DNA of 63,481 bases, filler included, from Globobulimina sp. (GCA_003354225.1; 36 parts of 36 records of this genome joined end to end with filler, not necessarily neighbours in it), one strand, 5' to 3'; positions 34,209 through 47,851 are shown, counted from the first letter of the whole stretch. Numbers and translations: made by a program. Notes: generated from the sequence alone by a model not told the origin.

Positions 34209-35047
34209 TCAAAAGGTAATATTGACGCAATTCCAATTTACCGTATCTTCCCATGGAGTGTGCTTTATTTTTATTTTAAATGTGTTTGGATTTGAAATAT
34301 TCGCATTTGTATTTTGTGGGTTTGTATTCGAATAATTCGATGTCTCAGCATTGATTTCGTGTATTTCTTTCTTGATTCTTTTGATTTTAGAATAGGATGA
34401 AACGGGCCACGATGCTCTCTGTTGATGCTTCTTTTTGTTTTTTGTGGAAAATGATTGTATTCGTTGCATTTGTAAATCTGAAATGGAATGAGAGCGCGTT
34501 AATATTTTATGGGAGATTATGATGCTATTTTCTTTTAAATCCATTTCATTCTCTTTGATATCATCCAAATCCATGGCATTTGTACCATTGTTATTGTTAT
34601 TTAATTGATTTGTAATTCGCTTCAGATCCGCATCAGTAAATATTGTGTCTTTTGGTTTCTTGTTGAATAAATATGTCTTATTTTGTGATGTTTTGTTGTT
34701 GTTGTGATTGTGATTAGAGCCGTTACCGTGAGAACGATGTAATTGTTGCGGTGATTGAGTCAATGAAATATTACATCCTTTTTTCACTGTGGTTGTGAGT
34801 GATTTCGCAAATGACATAGAATGTTGTATCCCAATGATCATTGGCAGAACTATTGTGTCAATGTAATGAAAGATGTAAAAGTTTGAGAGGTTTTTTTAGA
34901 GTATTTCGAATAGTTAATTTTGAGCATGGCACTGACAAATAATTCGTCACGTTTTTTAAGAGTACTTAATAGATGTTGTTGTCGGTTGAATGTAGACATA
35001 TTTGCAGCCTTTTCATCAAACAGACATTTTAATTCAACGGTAAACAA
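34209..35047 (-). CDS. Hypothetical low-complexity (Asn/Lys-rich) protein, partial, with a frame break near 34856
   Basis: Two adjacent ORFs join (FITL-T-TIVLPMIIG) if one base is added. Confidence 0.45.
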
Positions 35048-35678
35048 TGGGCAATATTTTTGTTTGTTTTACGATTATGTTGACAATATATTGGAGAAAA
35101 GAACACCAATAAGACCGGCTCATTTTAAATTTATAACAGGATATGTGAATGACGGTCGATGTAAATTAGGTGGAGCGTTTGGTGACAATTTTGATGGAGC
35201 TTTGATTGTATTTCAATGTAATGATGTTTCTGAAGTTNNNNNNNNNNNNNNNNNNNNNNNNNNNNNNNNNNNNNNNNNNNNTTAATTAATTAANNNNNNN
35301 NNNNNNNNNNNNNNNNNNNNNNNNNNNNNNNNNNNNNACTAAAACTATAAAAATCCGCAAAAGTCCAATCACTCCCCGAAAAGTTAAATGTGCGGAAAAA
35401 TTATGCGAATCGAACTGTGAAGAGTATAGCCCAGACTTCTGCAACATTTAGCCGTCACTTATTAAGCCGTCGCTTTAGCTTTAATAACAATATTTAACAC
35501 TTTTTTAGGTAAATTTAAATTTAATAATATTCAAAACCAACAAGAAAAAAAATCAAAAAAAAAAATAACTTCATCACGAACCAAAATTCAAATAAAAAAA
35601 TGACAATACTAATTACTAAAAAAATATTGTTACAATCATGACCTTAACAGAAAATAAAACAATAAACAAAACAATCTG

Positions 35679-36702
35679 TTACAAATCAGTCAAACTTTGA
35701 TCACGAGAAACATCGATCCGATCAATAGCTACACTCGACACTGAGCCTACATTCCCGCCATTATGCACACCATTATTCACAGAGGCACCGCGGCTAAATC
35801 TCCATTGTATATAATCTTCACTGTCAAACACACCGCCACCACCACCACTATTCGCTCTCTCCTGTTCCACTAAGTGCGGCCACTCTGACGAAGTGGAAGA
35901 AATCCGCTGTGGAAATTGCCCATCAACTCCAGGCAACAATAAGTTGCCAACGTTGCTCAACGATAAATTTGGCGCTCGCGTGACTGCATAAATATTATTA
36001 ATATTTATATTGTCACAGTTCTGCATCTCATGAGTCTGCCTCGTGTTATACGTGTCTGTCGCAGACGATTGCGAATGCACTGAATTTATACTAAACGCAG
36101 GTGAGCCCACATTCTGTTTCTGTTTGCCTGGCGAGGTGGAGGGCAGATTTGTATTTATATTGACAGTGCGTGGCTTCAAATTAGTAGAAGGTGTAGCTAC
36201 TGGTGTTACTAAGCCAGGGTTATAAATATATTCATCCACAAAGATTTTATTGATAGTCCGGCTGTCTTCCAATAGGGCGTGCTCTGCCGCAGTCATTATA
36301 TCTTCACTGCTCGCACGTTGTCTGCCGGCGCTACGTTGTCGCATAAAGGCAGCTGTGCAGTGCGAGGATATATGGAGGAGTTAGGTGTTAATGTACAGAT
36401 GGGCATATTGTGTAAACTCAACTGTGATTTGTGTTGTTATTAATATCTGTTGGTGGTGGATGTGGTGGTTGTGTGGTGGTCGTAGGTTGCATTGTATCTT
36501 CATCATTTAATGGGATATATGTCTGTGATTTTCTATTTATAATAACTGCTGGTTTTGGTTTTGGTTTTGGTGAAGGTGTACACATGTCGTATTCAAATCC
36601 AACATCTTTGACACTGGATAACGATTTTGGTCGTTGTTGCATGTTGGATGCCTGAGGATTGTCCTTGGATCGACATATTTGTGCAGCTCCACACACTCCC
36701 AT
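35679..36702 (-). CDS. Hypothetical disordered protein with an N-terminal acylation-like motif (MGVCGA), 1 intron
   Basis: Intron 36353-36422 (GTTGAG...CACAG) joins the two ORFs in frame. Confidence 0.65.
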
Positions 36703-37639
36703 TACAACTATATACTTTTTTTTTTTCAACTAAAAACTTTCTTCAGTTCCGTGGTAGCACATAATACCACCGTCAGTCCTCTACAATCTCAAGTTCGACA
36801 CAATTCATTTAATTTATCAATATTCAATAACTAACACTACACTCACCACCCAGTTTAGTCCAAATCCCAGCCACAAAAAAGTGTACGTATACATATAGGT
36901 TGCACCACTTGCAAATCACATAAATATATAAAAAATACATCCGCTATATACCAGGCTAACAGTACCCAACCAAACAAAAAATACATACAATACATATACC
37001 ACTNNNNNNNNNNNNNNNNNNNNNNNNNNNNNNNNNNNNNNNNNNNNTTAATTAATTAANNNNNNNNNNNNNNNNNNNNNNNNNNNNNNNNNNNNNNNNN
37101 NNNATTTTATGATATTTTAAAGGAACTGCAAGTAAAACAACCAGCAGATTTAGATAATTTAGAGTTACATATTGAACAGAATCCAGATCCAATGGAGTCG
37201 ACAATTATTGTGACCAATGAATTAATGCATAAAAGTTTTTGGGATTTGATACTTGAATTTGGAATGTTTTCATTGTTGAAATTTAGTGTGATTACGAATG
37301 CTATTGAATTAAAAAAAAATTCATTACAAGTTCAACATAAAAATGCTAAAAAAACAAGTATTTTTAAAAGATTCAAATCATCCAAAAAAAGTGCTGTTTC
37401 TAAATGATGAATTTATTTTTGTTTATAATTTTCTTTTTATTTTTTATATTTACAGGATAATTTTTTGTTGTTTTTTTCTATTCTATTCTATTTTTGTTTT
37501 TTTCTTTAATGCTAAATCTGTTTCAAATGTGTTGAAAAACACATTCATTGGTTGCCATGTTGTACATGTTTTTAATGTGTTACTGAGGATATCTAAAAAA
37601 CTTTCTTTCATTTCAACTTGTGATAAAACAGTCAACACC

Positions 37640-38720
37640 ATGTCAGGTGGCCATGACTTTCCAACCAAATGTGAATTAAAATGTACAGGATGTGCGTTCA
37701 TACTCTCCCAAATATTACTCGGTGTTGCATGGTTAATGCATTCAATTGATTACAATGCGTACGACGTAGAAAACGAAGAACAAGTTGTTGAACTTCATGA
37801 AATTTTATCATCAACAAATCATAGAACAGAAATTGAAATCGCATGTGCCTGTGTTTGGATTTCGTTTCCATTTTTATTAATATCCTTATTTGGTATAAAA
37901 AAATTTGCATCTTCTGTATTTTATCAAACTCCCGCTGAAATGGTCATATATATGGCCGAAAAAGCATACATTATATATATTACCGCTACAACCATAATGT
38001 TGCCCGCTTTAAGTCTTGTACAAGTATCATATGAATGGTCATTCCATGAATATACTGCGGAACCGGATGTTATTGCCACTGGATATTATATCCAATTATA
38101 TGCTTTGACACTTGAATTAGAGTTAATTGATTGTATTGCCATCGCGGATGCTACCTTTATGATTTCAATGTCACTTTTACCACGATTTATTTTATTAGGT
38201 ATTGTATATATACACAATTAACACATATATCTATATAATATATGTAGGTTCATCAGCGGCGGGCAATCCCAAATTTAAACAGTTTCGAACTATCCTCCAA
38301 CCCGCTTGCTGCACGGAGAGGAGCGTAATGTCCAAATGTTTCTGTGAAGTATTTACAGTGTGTTTGACCTCAACATTATTCATTATATTTTGTTTAGTAT
38401 TATTTGAGTTTGCAGCATCTGGATTTTTTTCACCGGTCGGCTATGCAAAATTTTTGGTCGGTTGGTCATTTTTATTAAAAATGTTAATAGGCGTTAGATT
38501 TCTTTCCATTGCATACAGTGACAAATATGGAAAATTAAAGGAAGTTTTTGGTGAATCACAGCAAGATATACAAGCAATATTAGGTGGACAACGTAATAAT
38601 TATCAAATGGGCACTGTCAATCTTGAACCACAAACATCTGCCAATGCACATCTTCAAGCCGGAACAAATGAGAATGAGAATGACAATGATAACGAGAATG
38701 AGGAGGATGCTCAATTATAA
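37640..38720 (+). CDS. Hypothetical multi-pass membrane protein (about 6 TM), 1 intron
   Basis: Start MSGGHDFPTKC. Intron 38199-38247 restores the frame. Acidic C-terminal tail. Confidence 0.7.
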
Positions 38721-38869
38721 GCTACAATAAATGATACTGCTTTTTTAAAATAAATAATAATACATTATANNNNNNNNNNNNNNNNNNNNNNNNNNNNNNN
38801 NNNNNNNNNNNNNTTAATTAATTAANNNNNNNNNNNNNNNNNNNNNNNNNNNNNNNNNNNNNNNNNNNN

Positions 38870-39807
38870 AAAAAAGAAAATAATGAAAGAAGTATTGATT
38901 GAAAAAAAGAAAACCAGCGACAAATTATGCGACTCGGGGCGGAAGTCGTGGATCAAAGACGAAATAAGAAATATTAGCAACAATGGTATGATGCCATGGT
39001 CGCAAATCAATAATATTATAAAATATGATAATAATACGTCTAAATCCATCCCAGTTTGGTATAACAAGGATGGTACAACGAATGCAGTGAAATCAATTGA
39101 AAAAGCCAAGAATTAGAGCGATGAAGACGAAGACGAAATAGAGAATGAGAGCGATGAAGATGACAGAAACGAGGCGTTTGAAAAAATTATAAAGGATTAC
39201 AATGCGAAGAATAAAGCCAACTTTGGCACCGATGCACATATTGCCGAGCTGAAGGAAGTAAATTCAATTTTAGCTTATTATGTCGTTTAAAAAAGGCAAA
39301 GCGAGCAACAGTGATAAATCAAATTATGTTTTGCTACAGAATGGCATTGGAATTCTGAAACAGGGACTTTATCTCTGTTATAATGCGTTATTTATATTAG
39401 GAATCAGAGAGAAATCAATGAACATTAGAGATATTACAGTGATTTTGAAGTCAAATAAACCGGCTAAGTACATTATCGAGCTGCAGCAATCCGTATGACA
39501 AATGGATGGCGTCTAAGTATCTAAAATACGCAAATCAAACCCGATGAGAATAATCAAACCCAGGCACTTTGGCTTCATTAAAGGGTTAGGCTGTACCGAT
39601 ACGATTGCCTACCTTACGGAGATTATTTGGAACAATAGAATCAATAACAAGGTGACGCATGTTTTGTTTATCGATTTTAAAGCTGCGTTTGATACATTGC
39701 AGCATAAAATTATTATTGAGTGTATGCGAATTAATATTGGTATTAATGGCTTTGCGTTGGATTATTTATACGTGGCATTGGAATATAGGTGGGGCATTGG
39801 AATATAG
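38870..39807 (+). pseudogene. Degenerate non-LTR retrotransposon RT fragment
   Basis: HFGFIKGLGCTD and LFIDFKAAFDTL (early RT motifs) with upstream stops and frameshifts. The match ends before the YADD-type motif. Confidence 0.8.
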
Positions 39808-40392
39808 ATGCTGCAGAAACAAAAAAATATATCATCGACAAAGAATAAAGTGTTTTTACGTATTTCACCTTGCTATGATTGATTGTCATTATTTAAGTAT
39901 GAATTTGTTATGTTTTTTGTTTTTTGTGTGTGTATGGGTCAGCTTAAGGCTGTTGATCGTCCTATATTGCTCAGGCAATTTATCAACGTGAAAAGGATGT
40001 ATTCAGCTGTTGACCTATACACAAAGTGTTCATTACAAAGTATTTAAAGTTATATTCAGATTATTTCCCCCCCTGTTCAAAAAAAAAATATAGAGTCATT
40101 AATTATGATGATGTGCATGCACTAACTCATATTCATCCATATCTTTCTTTTTTTCACTTTTTCTATTTAGTGCGTGATATAAACAACCACTTAATTCTCC
40201 TTCTTTTTTTTCCAGTTTTTGTCACGTTTTCTGTTTTCTTTTCCCTTGTTTTAATGGTAGTGGCTATCACCACCAAATTCTCTTTTTTTTTCTATTCAAA
40301 TTTCATCCGTTTGGTGGTGTTGGATCACCACAAAATTCCTTCTTTTCTATTCAAATTTCCTCGATTCTAACTAATCCATTCCGTAAAATGAT

Positions 40393-40462
40393 TGGCTGTC
40401 GCCACAGGAGTCGAACCTGTATCTTCTGGATTAATGCAGTGCTCTGCTTGAGCTATGTGAAC
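40393..40462 (-). pseudogene. tRNA pseudogene or tRNA-derived SINE head
   Basis: The minus strand has A box TAGCTCAAG and T arm ACAGG-TTCGACT-CCTGT, but a shortened anticodon loop and a mispaired acceptor stem. Confidence 0.65.
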
Positions 40463-40857
40463 ATTATCTAAATTTTGCGTTGTTTGTTGTTATGATGATG
40501 ACGATGCACTAAGCCATCATCATAACAATCCAATANNNNNNNNNNNNNNNNNNNNNNNNNNNNNNNNNNNNNNNNNNNNTTAATTAATTAANNNNNNNNN
40601 NNNNNNNNNNNNNNNNNNNNNNNNNNNNNNNNNNNGGCAAATCCACAAAACATGTACAGATTGAAACGTCAAAGTAAACCTAAGAAAGATTGCTAATCTC
40701 ATCTTATTTTTTTGTTTCTATAATTTAAATACTGTCATCAGAATCATCATCCTCACCATCCAGATATATACGCACTTAATTAACATTTGAACAAAAAAAA
40801 AACTACTTCAATCTGAATCTCTGAAATAATAATCTGAAATTTAAGTACAAATAATAT

Positions 40858-41673
40858 CTATTTTGCTTTTACCACAAGTTTATATTTTGATAATTGTTGA
40901 TAATACGGCATAGCTTCTTCAATCACATCAAATACAATTTGTGGATATTTATCATCGTATTCGATATTCTCTTTTAAGATAGTTTTGCTTTGACTTAATC
41001 GGGAATGAGCTGTTGGACTTTTATTCCAGACTCCGTCAATATCCTCACTCCAATCCAACATATTCTCCATATACGGCAATCCCGTCATTTTGCAATACAT
41101 TTCCATCATTTCCTGCGGCTCTTTCATCAAATCAATTGCATCCATGATAATTGCTTCTTGTTTTAACTCATTTGTGACAATTTCAAATAGCTCCAATATC
41201 TGTTTCCATCCAACATACAGAGGATCAAAATAATTGGATCCACCCACAAGCTCTGCCATTGTATGCAATCGATACAATGATTTTATCTGATTCTCAGGAT
41301 TCCGAATCATGAATGTATTTACGTACAGATTTAATACTGATTTGGGTATAAATGAATGTTGATGAATAACGTGATGTGCATGGCTCCGAAAAAAAACTGC
41401 ATCATAATCAGCATAATCATTCACCAGATCATAGGTTACCTGTTCAACATTTTTGTGACTGCGATATGCATCCAAAGCTGGAGGTGTTTGGAGTGACTCA
41501 GTATTGGCAGTGAATCGATCAGATATCTGCTTCTCGCCAAAATAAAATGGCTCCAAATATGGTTCACTATAGGTTTTAATGTTAATATTTTGGGAGATGC
41601 ACCGACCAAATGCAGTGCCACAGCATCTTGGAACTGTCCAAAGAGCAATCCTCGTGGTTGGACACACAGACAT
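40858..41673 (-). CDS. Sulfotransferase-like P-loop protein (type found N-terminal to BCAT-like proteins)
   Basis: IALWTVPRCCGTAF, YSEP, TFMIRNP and DLMKEP...YC...GLPY...MLDW. Confidence 0.75.
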   Translation of the reverse strand: MSVCPTTRIALWTVPRCCGTAFGRCISQNINIKTYSEPYLEPFYFGEKQISDRFTANTESLQTPPALDAYRSHKNVEQVTYDLVNDYADYDAVFFRSHAHHVIHQHSFIPKSVLNLYVNTFMIRNPENQIKSLYRLHTMAELVGGSNYFDPLYVGWKQILELFEIVTNELKQEAIIMDAIDLMKEPQEMMEMYCKMTGLPYMENMLDWSEDIDGVWNKSPTAHSRLSQSKTILKENIEYDDKYPQIVFDVIEEAMPYYQQLSKYKLVVKAK

Positions 41674-41739
41674 TCGGAAAGAAAAAAACTTTTTGAATAA
41701 ATTGTAAATTAACAGCATGGCAGAGTCGACTAACAAAGA

Positions 41740-42301
41740 AAACCCAGGGATCCGGAATTAAAAACGGAAAAATCAGTGCCAAATGGAAGCAAAATTGATA
41801 TGGAATATCCTCAATACAATGAGTAATGATTGCATTCAATGCACGAATGCAATTTCTTTTTATTCAATGTGAGTAAAACCCAGATATTGTTGAGAATGGT
41901 ATATCTGATTCATTACAATACCAATATTGCTCACAATGTATAGCTTTTTTGAACTATTTTTTGAATTCGAACTCTGTTCAGTCCGTCCAATGCTTTTTTG
42001 TTCTGGTTAATTTTAAGCAATTTTTGATAATTTTCCAATGAAATGAGAGAGCTCTGCGATAATTATATAATAATAATGAGATATTACAATTGTGAATGCA
42101 TAAAACAGGCATTTAATGCAATTTTATTTAATATTTCTTTGGGAACATATTTGGAGTCTATTTTGTTCATCTTTGGGAACATATAAATTTTTTTTCCATA
42201 TTCTGTATTGCTTTTTTCTTTAGTTTGTGTGATTATTCCATATCAATTTTGCTTCCATTTGGCACTGATTGTTCCGTTTTTAATTCCAGATCCCTGGGTT
42301 T
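41740..42301. mobile_element. MITE (562 bp) with 68-bp terminal inverted repeats
   Basis: 41740-41807 and 42234-42301 match at 66/68 positions. Ends are AAACCCAGGG...CCCTGGGTTT. Interior is non-coding and AT-rich. Confidence 0.8.
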
Positions 42302-42401
42302 NNNNNNNNNNNNNNNNNNNNNNNNNNNNNNNNNNNNNNNNNNNNTTAATTAATTAANNNNNNNNNNNNNNNNNNNNNNNNNNNNNNNNNNNNNNNNNNN
42401 N

Positions 42402-42816
42402 ATGGAATTAATAATGGTTTATCACATAGAACACGAATATTATCATGTATTGCAAATTTTAAATAAGGTTTTCTTGATCGGGGATCAGTTGATATTATCA
42501 ACGCATCCAAATTATATGATTTTAACTCATTGAAAATGTGCTTGTTATTATTGTTTGATATATATAGTTGTGTTTGTGGTATTATATCATTTATCCAATT
42601 ACCATTATTTAATTTTTCTTGTTCAAAAAACGTATCTAAGTCATGCTGTTTGTCACTGGTATCAATTAATACAGGAATCTCAAATGTGTGGACGTTATTA
42701 TCGGTGCATGAATTTGATATCATTGCCAGTTTTGAGAGGCATTTCCAATGAACTCTCTTTGAATGCAATCCAAATCCAATCAATCCAACCCTCAATTTTC
42801 GTCGCAGTTTGCTCAT
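42402..42816 (-). CDS. Gfo/Idh/MocA family oxidoreductase, N-terminal Rossmann domain, 3'-partial
   Basis: VGLIGFGLH, DALIISTDP and VLCDKPL. Confidence 0.8.
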
Positions 42817-43651
42817 CAGAGTTTTTGCTTTTAGTGCACACAAAGATAAAGTAGAAAAATGCGAGTATATAAAATATCTAATGTATTGATTCATGTTTTG
42901 CGGCATCTTGCGGTATTTTTAGTTCCTCAGTTGTTAACCCGACAGCCATGTTTTGCAGGGACCTTCGTGTTGAAATATTAACTACAGTATGTTTGAACTT
43001 TATATAAGTGCAGTAATCTTGACAAAATATATTATTATCAATACAACTGAACCAAACTGAAATGCACATAAATACATATTGGAACAGAACATGTACAAAA
43101 CAATTAAATGTAACACAAAAATTCTTCATTTGCATATACCGCATTGAATTGTTTATAAACAGTGAGTGCAAAATAAAACGTATTGACACCTCCCAATAAT
43201 AGGTCCACCACAATGGAGACAACGAAATGAAATAAATATTTTTGGTCTATCAGCCCACTTTAGGGAGAGTGGGCACCAGAATTCAACTGCTAAATATTAT
43301 CAAATAAGCCCTCAATATTAGTTATCTCATCAATAGCATCGACAGAAAAACAATTACTTTCTCGCAATGTTTCCATTTCCTAGCTGTTTCATTCTATATT
43401 GAACTATTAAACCAAAGACGGCAAATGTTAAACAATTAAATATCTATTATGGAAGAACCAACAGATAAGCACAGCACAGCACAGCACGACTCTGTCAAAT
43501 ATTTATCGGTGATCATTGCAATTTGACATTGAATATGATACCTTGGAAAAGCGTTGAAAATGAAGGCGAATTTTTGGAAGTGTATATATGCATAAAATTG
43601 ATTAATTTTTAATTTTTAATTCTGTAATACATAGCCTAGGTTACCGATGTT

Positions 43652-44067
43652 ATGCTCGTGGTTTATTGGGCGATTTTAACACAAGGAAATAAAGATTGTA
43701 ATGGTGGAGATTTTTGGTGGGACGAGCATGATAATGATGATGATGAAAAAAAGAAGTGGAGCAATGATGGATGGTCATGGAAAAAAGATCACGTTGATGG
43801 TGGTTGTCAAGATAATAGAAGGCGATTACAAGAATATAATGATACAAATTTAGATAATGATACCATTGCAGTATTTTGCATGACTGATGAGGCAATGTCA
43901 GATTGCAACTGTTTTATCCGAATGCAAAGCTGCGAGCCACAGCAGATGTTTGTTGCAGTGATGTTATTGGTGGAACGTTTTGCGATAAGTTGGAGGCAAT
44001 TTGTTATGATGGCGATATAGAATTAATTGCAGATACAGTTGAAGAAATATTTACAAATATTGTAGAT
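43652..44067 (+). CDS. Hypothetical Cys/acidic extracellular-type protein fragment with a frame break near 43908
   Basis: Contains an RRRLQ motif. Continues in the -1 frame (LFYPNAKL...CCSD). Confidence 0.4.
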
Positions 44068-44167
44068 NNNNNNNNNNNNNNNNNNNNNNNNNNNNNNNNN
44101 NNNNNNNNNNNTTAATTAATTAANNNNNNNNNNNNNNNNNNNNNNNNNNNNNNNNNNNNNNNNNNNN

Positions 44168-44957
44168 CATATCCACCAGCTCCCCACGACCAAACACCAT
44201 AATTTTCATCAATTGCTAAGGTATGATAATATCCACAAGATATATCCTTAAATTTTATTTTTGTTTGAATTTCTTGAATATTTGGGGATGATTTAATATC
44301 TTTTCCTAATCCTAAACCACCAAAACCATAATCATTACCAGCAACATATATTTTACCATTTGTACTTAAAAATGTTGTATATCGCCCTGCTGTGGCTACT
44401 TTTTGAATCGATAATGATGTTTTAATTGGTGTCCATTTATTATTATTTCTTGTATTTGTTTTTATACCAAATTGATTATCATTATTCCATCCGACAGCAT
44501 ATAATTTATTCTCATTTGAAATACAAAATGAATGTCTTGATCCGTTTGGTGCTGCAAATATATTTTTAATTTTCATATCTTTTGTCTGATGCCATATATT
44601 AATATTATTATAATGCCCAACACCTAATACACCCTCTTCGTTATACCCACAACATTCATATGTTTCATCATCAAATAAAATGTATGCTGCTACACCACCA
44701 TAATCACCACAGCTAACAATATTTTTTATTTCTTTTTTAAATGTTTTTATTTTTGTTATTTGTTTAATATCTTCGTTTCCTCCATTACCTTGTTGTCCAT
44801 ATTCGTTGCTACCAATAGAATATAATAGCAATGAAATATAATAATGGAAGGCATGAATGATACTAATAATATCAGTATGGATGTATGGAGTGCTACAGTT
44901 TCTAACATATCCACTTACTAATAATTGTGATCGTCTTTTCCTGACAGCATGGTTCAT
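44168..44957 (-). CDS. RCC1-repeat protein, 3'-partial
   Basis: GSNEYGQQG, GYNEEGVLG, GWNNDNQFG and ISCGYYHTLA. Confidence 0.9.
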
Positions 44958-45249
44958 TTTTTCGTTAAAGATAGTAAAATTCTTAATTCAAAAATATTTC
45001 ACCAAAAAACTGCCCAAAGAAGAATTTCCCGGTATTTTTTCCCGTACATGTACAAACTGCACAATCCGTCTAAATCTGTGTATACTGAACTCTGAAAAAA
45101 AACAAAGCCGAAACGTTCTCAGATTTACAAAACAGAGCAATCTGATTATGATAGCTGTTTTGAAAAAAGTAACCTTGGGCTTTTTCAAAGTAATTAACAA
45201 AGAAACGCAAATGAAGAATTTCAGATTTGACAAATTCTCCATTTTTTCA

Positions 45250-45832
45250 GGTATCCCTTCCCCGTCAGAAAGATGGGTGGTTTTAAAACTTGCTTTCTAT
45301 TGGAAATTGACAAAAAATGACCCAATTTCCTACATGCATATATGGAGCAGTTTGCCAAACATACTCAATTACACATTATATAAACAGTACCATGACCTCA
45401 AAGCCAAATGGCTCCCAGACAAAATCCAATTAATTGAAGGCGCCTCCACCAATATTGACATATTTGAAATCGTTGCTGGTTGCGGGCCCCTCAGAATCGC
45501 GCCCGATCATTGTAAAAAACCAACATATAAAAATAGTAAATTCAAAGCCCGCATGATTCCGCTCTACCGAGAACTATTCTATTTTTACAATCAAAAACGT
45601 AATTTCTGCAAACTCTGTACCAGAGCCACAACCATCCCAATTGAGACCCACCTTTGCATCCAATGTCCGGTTCTGAGCAACCTTCGCTATGTTTATTGGA
45701 ATCATGCGCGTGCAGGGTTTGCCAGATTAGGCTCCAAAATCAACAAATTCCACAACCAACTCTTCATGCAACGCATAATCGAATTCTGTGAGGATGCATA
45801 TGTACGAGTCGATAATAACATGCTATGGAGAA
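45250..45832 (+). mobile_element. Truncated copy of the same non-LTR family as 14326-15803 (zinc-finger region)
   Basis: Shared blocks W..LP.I..Y.LY.QY..LK.KWLP, YRELFY..NQK.N.C.LC and PIE.HL...CP.L..LR..YWN.A. Confidence 0.8.
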
Positions 45833-46241
45833 NNNNNNNNNNNNNNNNNNNNNNNNNNNNNNNNNNNNNNNNNNNNTTAATTAATTAANNNNNNNNNNNN
45901 NNNNNNNNNNNNNNNNNNNNNNNNNNNNNNNNGATTTTTATTGGGGTAAGGTATAAGCGAACTGTTTCTGGTGACTGATAAAGGTAAAAATAATATAGGT
46001 TTGCCTTCGTTTCTCAGAAACAATAAAAATCTGACGCTGAAAACCGGATGCTCTTTGACAGTTTTTCCTACTGTCTTGAGTTGGAAATGATGGTTTTTTA
46101 CATTTTATTTTGGTAAAATAACAAAACAAATAACACATAACAAAACAAACAACCAAAACTAATCAATCACAAAACAAACAACACGCAAAAACTAATTAAT
46201 TCAATCTAATTTCAATCTTCATTGTCCATTTTCCAGAGCCT

Positions 46242-47597
46242 TCATATTTTTTCAATTACAACATGATCATTTTCTTTGCCTCTTTTAATATTCCAACCAA
46301 TTTTTTTATATATTTGCTGATAAATTTCAATTGCCCGAAATATTGATAATTGTGATTGTTTTGGTGCTATTAATAATATCTTATTTAAACAAAATATTTG
46401 TTTCCTACTTTTATTTTGCATTTTTTTGATATCCACAAATATTGTATCCAATAAATCTGTCGATAAAAATAATTTTGATCTTTTATAATTTACATCGTTT
46501 ATAATTTGAATTTGATTTAAATTTGGAAATAATAATAAAATTAATGAGAAATTTAAAAATGTTTCATCAGCTTTAATGAATATTTTTTGAATAATCGATT
46601 TAAAACCAAATTCATTCTTATTTTCATCATTCTGATCTTCGTTCCATGCTTTCCAAATAATTTTTATTTTCTCAATTGATAAAAAAAAATCATGCAATAA
46701 AATATTTATATATTTGGGTACGACTTGCAATGACATAAATGACTGCGAATACAATGATAACTCATGACATATTAGCTTCGAAATAATACCATTTTGCACA
46801 TTATTTAGAAACACATTTCTTTCATGTTCATTGCAAATAAAGTACCATCCACAAATACACATTTGTCGAATAATAAATAATGATTTTAAATATAAATGGT
46901 AATCATATCCCAATTTACAATCAATCACATTTTGTATTTCTAATAATTGTGCACTTCCTCCTAACTCGCCAGGAACGAATAAATACTCATTTTCGGCGGG
47001 ATAATCACTAAAAATACTTAATTTATATATTTTGGTGAACAAAAGAAATATTCATTTTCTTTCAATTCTAATATTAAACCATTATTGTCGCTGAATGACA
47101 CAATGCATTGATATGATGTTGAAAACGATAAAAATGAATACGTGGACAATATAATTCGATATGGTGTATTTATATTAATCCCATGATATAAGCAATCAAT
47201 ATATTTATCATAAAAATATTTCCGACTGCCATATTTATTAATAAGTTCCCGTAATAATCTGCTAAAATGACAGAAATTTGAATGTCTTTGTTTCAATGAT
47301 TCATCTCTTTCATTTATTGGTATTTTAAAAAATGTTTGGCGGAATTTACGTTGTATTGCATCACAATTTGTATAAACTAGCAATGAAATTAAATGTGGGA
47401 TGGTTACATCAGATAAAAACTGGCGAACAAATCTAATTTGTTGATATTTTTGAGATTTTAATTTTAAAATATTCCATTCTCCAAAAGTAATTTGTGATAT
47501 ATTATTAAACATCAACTCAGCTTTTAATGATTCATATTTTGCTGCAAAAAACCAATCAAAATATCGATATCCCAAATTACGAAAATCCATTTTCTCA
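46242..47597 (-). CDS. ADP-ribosyltransferase-like family protein, 5'-partial, with a frame break at about 47020
   Basis: LLVYTN, LYHG, SFSTS and FSDYPAENEYLF. Adding one T at AAT-TAAGT gives KYINLSIFSDY. Confidence 0.6.
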
Positions 47598-47697
47598 NNN
47601 NNNNNNNNNNNNNNNNNNNNNNNNNNNNNNNNNNNNNNNNNTTAATTAATTAANNNNNNNNNNNNNNNNNNNNNNNNNNNNNNNNNNNNNNNNNNNN

Positions 47698-47812
<115 letters not shown>

Positions 47813-47822
47813 TCAAATAACA

Positions 47823-47851
47823 CTTATATAAAGCTTTTTTTGTAAGGTCAA
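47823..47851 (-). promoter_or_regulatory. Putative sigma70-type promoter for tadA
   Basis: TTGACC, 17 bp spacer, TATAAG, ending 10 nt before the ATG. Confidence 0.55.

Noticed and set aside
37343-37639. N-terminal extension of ORF 37343-38221
   Set aside because: T-rich intergenic sequence overlapping the previous gene's end. The ATG at 37640 is the better start.
44857-45249. N-terminal part of ORF 44857-45888
   Set aside because: It overlaps the RCC1 gene start and its upstream region. Similarity to the retroelement begins only at about 45250-45300.
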